DNA from: Setoptus koraiensis
Lineage: Eukaryota > Animalia > Arthropoda
Length of the DNA stretch: 64,000 nucleotides
Direction: 5' to 3'
Assembly (NCBI GenBank): GCA_048013815.1
Contig: CM106586.1
Coordinates: 13,826,001 to 13,890,000 of the forward strand
Part shown: piece by piece, positions 55,097 to 64,000 of the stretch
How the letters are laid out: each line of letters opens with the position of its first letter
Numbering within the stretch: position 1 is the first letter of the stretch
Made by a program: the position numbers and the translations under genes
Notes under the pieces: model-generated
The model's input: the letters and a program-made list of their open reading frames with translations, nothing else
Told to the model about the DNA's origin: nothing
Database searches by the model: none

Positions 55097-58000
55097 ATGT
55101 TTCGTTATAAAGAATATATTGCGGTATATTGTGCCTTCTGTAGCACAAAATATATCTACACCAGCAGCTGGCAATCAGTCAGCGAAGAGATACGGATTAA
55201 GATCACAAGAGAGCTAGAAACTACCACCTATACTACTACAGTCACATCCGGCAGAAGAAGATCGCTATCTCAGAAGCCGTTGTTCACTGCTTCAGCCCGC
55301 GAAGAGCGAGCCGAACAACAAGCTAGAGTTGGTAAGAAAGATGTCACCATTCACGAGCGGGTAACCGTCACAAAAAGGATCGAAGGCGAAGAGTCAACGG
55401 AGCAGCAAAATGAGAATGCAAGAGCGAAAGCGAATCAATTTCGGACAACAACAACTAAGGTTACAAGGACTGTCGCTACAAAAACGGCAAGTGGCATCCC
55501 CAGAACAATTTCTAGATCGGAAACAGACATTCGCAACGTCGCAAAAGATATATCTGATTCAGCTGACAAGTCTAGAGACGCAACCACTAAACAAGCAGGG
55601 AAGAGTAGTCTCCAAACCACAAGTGAATATCTGAAAAAGTCGCAGCTAGAGACAAATGTGTCTAAAAAAGTGGACGAACCGGCAACAAGCTCTTCTACCG
55701 ACAAATCAAAGAGTAAACTTGATAAGTATAGAGGTCTGGGCAGCGCCAGTAGACAATTCTCTGCGACTCTAGCTGATTCCAAGACAGGAAGCAGCGCAAC
55801 AAAGCCCGATGAATTGGCGACAAGCAAGAGCACGGCAATAACCGTTGATGGAGCTGGAAAAGCCAGCCGCATCCCTAGATCTGCTTCAAAATCCGATGCA
55901 ACCACTAGCATCAGTGTCAAGGAGTCAACCGATATGGCAGAGAAGCCTCAGGATACGGCCTCTAAACAAACCAAGAAAACAACTCAGAGCACGAGTGAAA
56001 ACGTCGGAAAGTCACAGGTCGAATCGATTGCGTCGAAAAAAGTGGATGTAACGTCTGGTTCAACGCCAAGTTCCACCACCGCCGACAAAAAATCAGCTAT
56101 CAAACTGAGTAGATCAAAATCTAGTGCCAGTACTACGACTGCCGGAACTCGTGTTACAATGACAAAGACCACAACCACCACCACAACCACTCGTGATGGT
56201 CAAAAATTGAAATCAACCGTGCGAGAGTCGATTGGTCAGAAGGATAAGCAAGCCGAATCATCCGCTTCCAAATCGACGATGAGTACCTCGGGCAAACTTG
56301 GAACATCAAAGTCAAGCAATTTAGATATCTCCACTACACTGGCCTCTCAGTCGTCAAAGAAATCTAGCAAACCTGTTGAGAAAGCCAAATCGAAGGCAGA
56401 ACTGTCTCCACAAGCCAAAGGAAAGAGTTCAGACCATCTAGATGGCAAGCAAATGTCTGCAGTTCGTAAAACAATGAGTAAGCTTTCAACTTCAAAACTT
56501 GGTTCGAAAACACCATCGGGCGTTGATCTTGAGGAGACCGAAGATATAACTCACGCATCTATAGTGCAATCGAAACCGGGCAGCTTAACCAAGCCAGAAT
56601 GGGCCGCCAAGACTAGCAAGAGCACCGCAGATTTCGAAAGTGGGGCTCGAAAAGCGAGTGCCATCCCTAGATCAAAATCTGGTGCAGACAGCAGCAGTAT
56701 CAAAGAGACTTCCGATATTACCGAAATGTCCCAGGATGCAAGCTCTAAAAAAATCAGCAAATCAGAGATTCGAGACAAAAGCCCGATCAAGTCAGCAAAA
56801 AAATCGCAGCTCGATTCTAAAGGTTCTAAAAAAGTGGATGAAACAACAACAGCAGTATCGGCGTCTGGTTCCGCTGCCAAAATATCGACCAGCAAAATTG
56901 CTAAATCTAAATTGAGTGGCATGGATAATGCTGGTAAACAATCCGCTAAATCTACTCTTCAATCAAGAGGTGGCAGCACCACATCGAAGGAAGTAGTTTT
57001 ATCCAGGACTACTACAAGTTCTGTTGATCAGGCTGCGAAACCGATCGCCACCTCTAAATCGGTGTCAAAATCTGCAGATACCCGCAGCGCAATAAAGCCA
57101 GAAGAAGTGGCCGTCACGACCAGCAAAAGCACCGCAACTTCAACAGGTGGGTCTCGAAAAGCGAGCACCATCCCTGAATCAGCTTCCAAATCTGGTGCAG
57201 GTACTCGCAGCAGTGTTAAAGAGTCCTCCGACATGGCTGCAGTGTCTCAAGATGAGAGCTCGAAAAAAGCGAAGAAGGCAGCCAGCAGTGAACTGGGCCC
57301 AGCTAAATCGTCGAAAAAGTCTCAGGTCGACTCAACAGCAGCATCTGCGTCAGGCTCAGCACTGGGTTCTGCCCAAAAATCGAAATCTAAAACTCTGGCT
57401 GAATCGACAACAGCCTTCTCTGCGCCGAGTTCGGGTCTAAGCAAACTATCCATTACAGACAAAAAATCCACAAGCAAAATGGATCAGAGTGATTCGGCAG
57501 CGAAGAAGGCAGCCGGAAGTGATGTGGACTCGATTAAATCGCCTAAAAAGTCAAAGCTAGAATCAACCGCATCCAAGAAAGTGGACAAAACAACAACAGC
57601 AGGCTCGGCGCTGGGTTCTGACAAAAAATCAAGTACCAAAATGGACAAATCCGATTTAAGTGATTTAGACAATGCCAGTAAAAAGTCCTCTAAATCTGCA
57701 CTTCAATCGAAGAGCACTAGCTCCGTAATGAAGGCTGATGATAAGTCCGAGAAAGCGAGCGCCATCCCAAAATCAGCTTCCAAATCTGCCGCAGACACTC
57801 GCAGCAGTGTTAAAGAGTCAACCGACATGTCTGCAATGTCTTCAGACGAGAGCTCGAAGCAAGCCAAAAAGGGGGCCATTAGTGAACTGGGCTCGGCAAA
57901 ATCGTCGAAGAAATCACAAGTCGATTCAACTACGTCTAAAAAAGTTGCTGAAGCAGCCGAATCCGCGCCGAGTTCGGCACCTGATTCCACCAGTGACAAA

Positions 58001-60127
58001 AAACCAGCTAGCAAGATCGATATTCCCAAATCAGCCTCTAAATCTGCCGCAGACACTCGCAGCAGTGTCAAAGAGTTCTCCGACATGGCTACAATGTCTC
58101 AAGATGAGAGCTCGAAAAAAGCGAAGAAGGCGGCCAGCAGTGAACTGGGCTCGGCTAAATCGTCGAAAAAGTCGCAGGTCGACTCGACTACATCCAAAAA
58201 AGGTGAAAAATCAACATCAGCAGCATCTGCGTCAGGTACCAAAATGGACAAGTCCACTATAAATGATTTAGATGATTTGGACACTTCTGGTAAGAAGTCC
58301 TCTAAATCTGCACTTCAATCGAAGGGCGGTAGCTCCATGAAGAAAGCTGAGGAAGTGTCCGCCGAAACCAGCAAGGGCGCCGCAACTTCAGCTGATGAGG
58401 CTCGAAAAGCAACTGACATCTCCAAACAAGTTTCCAAATCCGATTCAAACATTCGAAGCCGTACTTCTTCTGGCAAACCAAAAGAAAGCGTCGATTCGGC
58501 GACGCAACAGTCAAATAAAGACCTTAGCAAGCTTGATTCCGAGACGCGCTTGACAAAGTTTATCGAGTCCGAGTTATCTCAAGCGCAACAAGTAGCAGCT
58601 AAATTGCCTCCCGAAAAGAGAAAGCAAGCTGAAACCGTGATTGAAGATATGGAAAAGTTGGACGGTCCAGGAATAAGTGCCAAAGAGGCCGCCATCAAGA
58701 AGCGCCGCCGATGGAGATTGATTGAAACAACACAGTATCTAACCATGACAACTGAGGAGAGAACTCAAGCCGAGAGAGAATTGGAGAGTAAAGAAAACAA
58801 ATCACGGCCAGAAAGTAAACAAGACAGAGGCTCGAGTACTACCGTCGAGTCACGTGTTATAACTGTCGAGTCAGAATTAGCCGAGGCCAATCGAATTGCA
58901 TCGAGGATATCCGGTGAAAAGAGGAAGCAAGCTGAAACTGTGATCACCGAAATGGAGAAGTTGGATGGAAAAGAGATAAGCGCCAAAGAGGCAGCCACTA
59001 AGAAGCGCCGTCGGTGGAGATTGATAGAAACAACGCATTATCTGACTATGACCACAGAGGAAAGAATCAACGCTGAAAAAGAATTGGAGACTCAAGAGAG
59101 CCGAGAAGGCACAGTATATTCGGAGAGTCAAAGTGTTGCAGGTACAAGTAAAGTATCCGATTCACGTTCTAGAACAGTTGAATCAGAATTAGCCGAGGCT
59201 AATCGAATCGCATCAAGGATAGCTGAAAAAAAGAGAAAACGAGCTGAAATTGTGATCTCCGAGATGGAAAAGTTAGATAGCTCCGGTTTAAGCCCCCTAG
59301 AAGCGGCCACCAAGAGGCGCCGCCGATGGAGATTGATTGAAACAACACACTATCTAAGCATGACCATTGAAGAGAGAATTCAAGCCGAAAAAAGGCTAGA
59401 AATTAAAGAAAGCAGATCGGAGAGCCTACAAGTTGACAAGAAAAGTTCTCTGGGTGGTTCGAGTGCTGATAGTAGGCTAGGGCTGTCCAAAGATCAAACT
59501 GCTGAAGCAGAGTTGGCGGAAGCCTATCGAATGTCCTCGAAGCTGTCTAATGAAAAGAGGAAGCAAGCTGAACTTGTCATCGCTGAGATGGAGAAATTTG
59601 ATGGTCCGGGTATAAGCGCCACAGAGGCGGCTATCAGAAGGCGACGTAGATGGAAATTGATTGAAACAACACACTATCTAACCATGACATACCAGGAGAG
59701 ACTGAGCGCCGAAAGAGAATTGGAGCGCCAGGAGAAGGAGGCCGAATTCGAAACAGACGCTGAATTCTTCGAAAAGAAAAACAAGAAACGCAAACAAAGA
59801 AACCGAGAGTCAATCTACAACACAAACGCTAAAAAAGTCTCTTCCAAGCAAGGTCGCGATGCAAGCCAGACGAGAATTGGTGGTGGGTCGTCCAGCGACA
59901 GTGTCGGAACTGATGATGAAGATCGAAGGAGACGAGATGAAGAGGACAAGCTTGGGGCCAAAAAGAGGAAGAGGAGGAAGAATGCACTCCAAGAGCTAGA
60001 GGATGATAGAAAGAAGAAACGTCAAGAATCCACCGTTGGAAAAAAGAAAAGCGCACCATCAACTCCGACGGGTAACAATATCACTGATGATGGTTATGAG
60101 AAAAAGAAGAAGAGGAAAGACTATTGA
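55097..60127 (+). CDS. Giant S/K/T-rich protein B (1676 aa) with four 74-aa repeats
   Basis: A 5-kb open frame starting MFRYKEYIAVYCAF. The 74-aa repeats start at 58565, 58868, 59180 and 59504. Additional internal SASKS(A/G)A(D/G)TRSSVKE(S/F)-type repeats lie at about 57.2-58.2 kb. Confidence 0.88.
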   Translation: MFRYKEYIAVYCAFCSTKYIYTSSWQSVSEEIRIKITRELETTTYTTTVTSGRRRSLSQKPLFTASAREERAEQQARVGKKDVTIHERVTVTKRIEGEESTEQQNENARAKANQFRTTTTKVTRTVATKTASGIPRTISRSETDIRNVAKDISDSADKSRDATTKQAGKSSLQTTSEYLKKSQLETNVSKKVDEPATSSSTDKSKSKLDKYRGLGSASRQFSATLADSKTGSSATKPDELATSKSTAITVDGAGKASRIPRSASKSDATTSISVKESTDMAEKPQDTASKQTKKTTQSTSENVGKSQVESIASKKVDVTSGSTPSSTTADKKSAIKLSRSKSSASTTTAGTRVTMTKTTTTTTTTRDGQKLKSTVRESIGQKDKQAESSASKSTMSTSGKLGTSKSSNLDISTTLASQSSKKSSKPVEKAKSKAELSPQAKGKSSDHLDGKQMSAVRKTMSKLSTSKLGSKTPSGVDLEETEDITHASIVQSKPGSLTKPEWAAKTSKSTADFESGARKASAIPRSKSGADSSSIKETSDITEMSQDASSKKISKSEIRDKSPIKSAKKSQLDSKGSKKVDETTTAVSASGSAAKISTSKIAKSKLSGMDNAGKQSAKSTLQSRGGSTTSKEVVLSRTTTSSVDQAAKPIATSKSVSKSADTRSAIKPEEVAVTTSKSTATSTGGSRKASTIPESASKSGAGTRSSVKESSDMAAVSQDESSKKAKKAASSELGPAKSSKKSQVDSTAASASGSALGSAQKSKSKTLAESTTAFSAPSSGLSKLSITDKKSTSKMDQSDSAAKKAAGSDVDSIKSPKKSKLESTASKKVDKTTTAGSALGSDKKSSTKMDKSDLSDLDNASKKSSKSALQSKSTSSVMKADDKSEKASAIPKSASKSAADTRSSVKESTDMSAMSSDESSKQAKKGAISELGSAKSSKKSQVDSTTSKKVAEAAESAPSSAPDSTSDKKPASKIDIPKSASKSAADTRSSVKEFSDMATMSQDESSKKAKKAASSELGSAKSSKKSQVDSTTSKKGEKSTSAASASGTKMDKSTINDLDDLDTSGKKSSKSALQSKGGSSMKKAEEVSAETSKGAATSADEARKATDISKQVSKSDSNIRSRTSSGKPKESVDSATQQSNKDLSKLDSETRLTKFIESELSQAQQVAAKLPPEKRKQAETVIEDMEKLDGPGISAKEAAIKKRRRWRLIETTQYLTMTTEERTQAERELESKENKSRPESKQDRGSSTTVESRVITVESELAEANRIASRISGEKRKQAETVITEMEKLDGKEISAKEAATKKRRRWRLIETTHYLTMTTEERINAEKELETQESREGTVYSESQSVAGTSKVSDSRSRTVESELAEANRIASRIAEKKRKRAEIVISEMEKLDSSGLSPLEAATKRRRRWRLIETTHYLSMTIEERIQAEKRLEIKESRSESLQVDKKSSLGGSSADSRLGLSKDQTAEAELAEAYRMSSKLSNEKRKQAELVIAEMEKFDGPGISATEAAIRRRRRWKLIETTHYLTMTYQERLSAERELERQEKEAEFETDAEFFEKKNKKRKQRNRESIYNTNAKKVSSKQGRDASQTRIGGGSSSDSVGTDDEDRRRRDEEDKLGAKKRKRRKNALQELEDDRKKKRQESTVGKKKSAPSTPTGNNITDDGYEKKKKRKDY

Positions 60128-60763
60128 AAAAGTCATTTCTGTCGCGTGCTTTTCTAGCACACACATTCAATTGAGCGTTGACTCATCGTGATTTACTGTG
60201 TAAAAATCTACAATTAACATGTATCGTTTGCATTTTTTTTTTCTTACAGCATCATACAAATAAAATGTATTTTCAGTCTATTAACAATTACTTAAATATC
60301 TAATTATTGTTAATATTTATTGTATCATTTCATTGTGTATTGTGTACGAAGATATTCATTATGCATGTTGTGAAGATGTGAAGACGTTGCTCACATAAAA
60401 TACACAGTTTTGTTTAGAAGCACTGTAAAGTGTATTGCAGTGAAATAACATCACTCAACCTAGTTGCTAAACTTTTTTCAGCGCATTACGCACTGCAATT
60501 GCAGACGATCTTTTGGTTTTGTAGCGACTAACAAATGAGTCGCAATTTTCTACTTCATTCGCATATTCTTTTTAACTAATTGACTTCGATTTTTATTTAT
60601 TTTAAATTTCGTTGCTCGCCACGAAAACAAGATATAAAATGCATCTTCGTTAGTAGATAATTGTCACATTGTTGAATTGGTTTGCTACTAGTAATTATTC
60701 CTCTTTTAAAATTAAACCCTGGTGATATTACGACATTATTTACCGAAAGTCGAGTTCTTAATT

Positions 60764-61537
60764 ATGACGACAACAGGTGCCACCGCAGATTCTATGAACA
60801 GTCAGACAAGCGGCGACACAATATCGTCGGCATTTGCACCAACAATGCTCGAGTATTATGATCATCATCATCATCACCATTCAGGTTGGGAGTATGAACA
60901 TTTGGCGAATATGCCTCTTATTCCCTATGGTGTCATACATCACACATCACTGACGACCACAACTCATCATACAACTATAAACACATCGGGTACCACTTCC
61001 AACGGTCCCCCTGCGGCTAATCTTATTTCAACTTCCATCGGTTGTGGCGATCATCAGCTAATTGATTTAGATCAACAGCAACATCAACAACTTCAACAAC
61101 ATCATCAACAACAGCAACAACAACAACAATCGACCTGTCATCATGTCAATCTTAGTAATAGTGATAACAGCAACAACAATAATGGTATCAACATAACCCT
61201 GAACGCTTCTAGTGCAACTAATTGTCTGGATACTCCAATCAAAGTGGAACCAACAGATGGCTCCGACGTCGGCGGGCAGCCTAATTTAAACAATACCTCT
61301 TCCTCATCAACAGTTGTCGGGTCATCTAATAGAGAGATGCACAATGAGATTGAACGAAGGCGCAGGCTCAGAATAAAATATTGTTGCGATATTCTGAGGG
61401 GTCTAGTGCCGGGTGTCAATGACAAAACCGACAAGGCAACTGTATTGGAGCACACTGTCAGATATGTGCGACATTTGAATCAATGTCCAAATTTTTCCTG
61501 CAATTGCGAACTCAACACAATGCCAGCTCAATCGTGA
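60764..61537 (+). CDS. TCFL5-like group B bHLH transcription factor, 257 aa
   Basis: REMHNEIERRRRLRIKYCCDILRGLVPGVNDKTDKATVLEHTVRYVRHL matches the TCFL5 pattern HN..ER.RR.RI..CCD.L..LVP..N..TDKAT.L as recalled. It has a poly-H/Q N-terminal region. The first ATG is at 60764. Confidence 0.82.
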   Translation: MTTTGATADSMNSQTSGDTISSAFAPTMLEYYDHHHHHHSGWEYEHLANMPLIPYGVIHHTSLTTTTHHTTINTSGTTSNGPPAANLISTSIGCGDHQLIDLDQQQHQQLQQHHQQQQQQQQSTCHHVNLSNSDNSNNNNGINITLNASSATNCLDTPIKVEPTDGSDVGGQPNLNNTSSSSTVVGSSNREMHNEIERRRRLRIKYCCDILRGLVPGVNDKTDKATVLEHTVRYVRHLNQCPNFSCNCELNTMPAQS

Positions 61538-61725
61538 AGCTGATTAGATTCTATCGATGAGAAAAATTGTATTCGAATAGAATAGATCGAAAACGAAATA
61601 AACAATCAATAAAATTGCACTGATCAAATCAAATCATCTCGTCTAATTTCTTTCTAATTTGTTCCAACAATTTTTGCTGTTTGTAACATTCGTCATTGAG
61701 TCAGTATTGGAAAACAATTCACATG

Positions 61726-62394
61726 TCACAGATACATTGGATCGGCTTTTGTGTAAAGATATCTGGCTACCCTCTGGAGAACCGCTCTACTAAATTGATT
61801 GTTTGCCCTCACTATATGAGGTGGTAACGCAACGCCTTGTTTATTTGTGTCTGGTCTTCTTCCTAGCATCGTGTACCCGTCTGGGCTTACCATGACTTGG
61901 TCCGGACCTACCTGAGGCATGGGTGGCATGGGTCTTATGGGCGCTGGTATGATGCCGACTCCGGCTCCCGCCCCGGCGCCGGCTACGGCCCCCCCCTCAC
62001 CGTCATCTTGGTCACGATTTCTTTCGGTTCTCTTAGAACTCCTATCTTTTGGCGATTCTTTTGGCCCCTCACCTTGATGGTAAATATGCTCATAATCGGA
62101 AGGAGCTATTGCCATTGTGGGCGCATTTGAGGGCATCTTAGGCATTCCACCGCCACCAAGGGTCATCTTTGGCAAAACATTTGCTGGCCGGGCACCGCTT
62201 CTATCCCGTGCAGAAAACTTTTGGCTCCTATTTTCTTCACGACCACCACTACGATCGGGTACATTCTTTGCAGCACCGGTGCCCTCGTGAAAAATGTGCT
62301 CATAATCCGATGGTGCAATGGCCATTGTAGGCGCAACTGAGGGCACCTTCTTCATACTTTCGTCCCGGCCCCGTTCTCGTTTCTTGGGACCCAT
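61726..62394 (-). CDS. Hypothetical 222-aa Pro/Gly-rich protein with a duplicated APTMAIAPSDYEHI motif
   Basis: ORF from ATG 62394. The two motif copies (about 62338-62282 and 62127-62071) differ mostly at synonymous positions, which supports real coding. Confidence 0.7.
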   Translation of the reverse strand: MGPKKRERGRDESMKKVPSVAPTMAIAPSDYEHIFHEGTGAAKNVPDRSGGREENRSQKFSARDRSGARPANVLPKMTLGGGGMPKMPSNAPTMAIAPSDYEHIYHQGEGPKESPKDRSSKRTERNRDQDDGEGGAVAGAGAGAGVGIIPAPIRPMPPMPQVGPDQVMVSPDGYTMLGRRPDTNKQGVALPPHIVRANNQFSRAVLQRVARYLYTKADPMYL

Positions 62395-62939
62395 GACGGA
62401 GAATAATCTTTCAACTGTTAGTCGAAAAAACAACTACCCTAAAAAGCGAAAGATGAAACAACAAAACGAGTCTCGTGCACTACTGTTCGGAAGTGATTGT
62501 GCTGATATCGAGTAAGATAGGCTCGCTTGCTAATCGATTAACTGAACGCCTCGTGCATATCGTCCACGCATCGTCATGTGCACGAAGTTTGTCCAAAACA
62601 TTCATAGAAAAACACTTGATTGCCACCATATGAGGCGCATTTGCGAAAGTTCTGGTCCTGATAACTTAGCTTTTTCGTAATTTTCACCAATACTACGCGG
62701 ATACATGTATTACATGTATGTACATGTATTATTACACTTAGGGACAGGTTTTTTCGTACGCTGGATCTTTCCGGGCTTATCTCTTTCGGGTAATTCTTTT
62801 TCAGTTCTTTTTCCGGCTGCACCTATCTCACTGTTGGACCCACCTTGAGTCCAAATATTCAGTCTCTCTGACTAAACTGAGTTGCAAAAACGAATAATTT
62901 TCAAATAAGTATCAAAGTAGAAGCGGACAAGTTTTTTCA

Positions 62940-63124
62940 ACCGTCTCACTTGACTGAATGACGAATTGAATTCCTCTGTAATATTCTTCCCATGCATCTC
63001 TTTTCTTCTTTATAGAAGTATCATCATTTAGCCTAGCATTAATTTTTGGATATTTTGCAACCAGTTCTGACAATACTCTCCTCTCCTCATTCGAATAATT
63101 TCTAGATCTATCTCTTGACGACAT
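62940..63124 (-). pseudogene. Myb/SANT-like DNA-binding domain (Harbinger-associated/MSANTD type), frameshifted
   Basis: RSRNYSNEERRVLSELVAKYPKINARLNDDTSIKKKRDAWEE is followed by one extra base near 62983. Removing it gives ITEEFNSS, matching the family motif AWEEI.EEFN. Confidence 0.7.
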
Positions 63125-63281
63125 ATCTGGTTTTTTAATGATAGAAGTTCAACGCAAACTCGAAGAATTAGATAAACAATAGAAATTGACCAACACATGT
63201 GTTCTAATTGACCACATGTGCACAACACGCGTGCCTGAAATCGACTTACAAAATATTTATTTTTTATTATTGAGGACCAAC

Positions 63282-63903
63282 GAGGATCATCGCATCTATA
63301 ACATGGATGGGACCAGATTATCTTGGAAAAAATTACCTTCGAAGACATGCCAGAAGAGGTACAAGAAGTTTTGGGACAAAGCAAGATAAGCAAGCCTTCA
63401 CGTTGTCATTCTCTGTGAGTATGACCGGAACCAAACTCAAGCCTATCATAGTTGGACATCATCAAAAGCCGAGGTGTTTCAAATCTATTGATTATAATCT
63501 GGACAGGCTTCCGGTACAATATTATGCCAATCGGACTGAATGGATGACATCAGACATATTTCAAGACATCATCTGCCACCTACACAAGGATTTCAAAGAT
63601 AGGCAAGAGTGCATGACATCATTACTTGACAGTTTCCAAGGACACAAAATTGAAGAAAGTATGTATCCACGCACAAATTTTCAATACTCACCTCCAAACA
63701 CTACATCCAGGACTTAACCACTCTATGGAATCATAAACTCTTTCAAGTGCCAATACACATCAATCCTTATGGACCAAATAGTCAGATATTATCAAAATAA
63801 CCAAACATTGAAACTTGAGGAAAAGAGCTTCGACCTCTATCAAGCAATCAATTGGGTCTCTGATGCATCATCGAGAGTGGGAGAGGCCACTATCAAGTAT
63901 TGA
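63282..63903 (+). mobile_element. Degenerate pogo/Tigger (DDE_1) transposase fragment
   Basis: IYNMDGTRLSWKKLPSKT, frameshift near 63355, then MTGTKLKPIIVGHHQKPRCFK..LPVQYYANRTEWMTSDIF..LLDSFQGH..PPNTTSRT*PLYGIINSFK. There is a stop at 63715-63717 and the third catalytic Asp is lost. No CENP-B HTH or TIRs are seen. Confidence 0.88.
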
Positions 63904-64000
63904 GCACACTGTGATTATATAAGAAGTGAGACAAACTAACCATTGGGCATGATAGACGATGGTATCACATGTGATCTGACAAAGTAAACCTCATTCCTGA

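Noticed and set aside
50084-60191. Antisense ORFs overlapping the giant genes (and similar ones over the PTB gene)
   Set aside because: Shadow frames caused by the biased codon content of the real ORFs.

Overview
Arthropod genomic DNA, probably from a mite with a compact genome. The taxon is an inference from the troponin I sequence, the short introns, and intronless versions of normally intron-rich genes. The window has two domains. (1) From 1 to about 28.7 kb the DNA is GC-richer and saturated with microsatellites and short tandem duplications. Its only recognisable gene is an intronless 1601-aa PTB/PID-domain protein (21969-26774), preceded by about 22 kb with no credible protein. (2) From about 28.8 to 64 kb the DNA is AT-richer and gene-dense. 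It holds troponin I (6 coding exons), a 4-exon RYamide-receptor-like GPCR, intronless ABHD16A, a hAT-type MITE with TIRs and TSD, and decayed Myb/SANT and pogo/Tigger transposon pieces. Two unexplained systems stand out. (a) A local family of about 500-aa Cys-patterned proteins with a signal peptide and C-terminal membrane segment: three intact copies and one frameshifted copy. One intact copy is split only by a 500-N spacer that appears to hide no sequence. (b) A mirror-image module, bHLH <- giant S/K/T-rich protein <- | -> giant paralog -> bHLH (48.5-61.5 kb). The two giant proteins share an unrecognised 74-aa repeat and a 206-bp patch that is 202/206 identical, suggesting arm-to-arm gene conversion. 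All alignments were done by eye and no database search was run.
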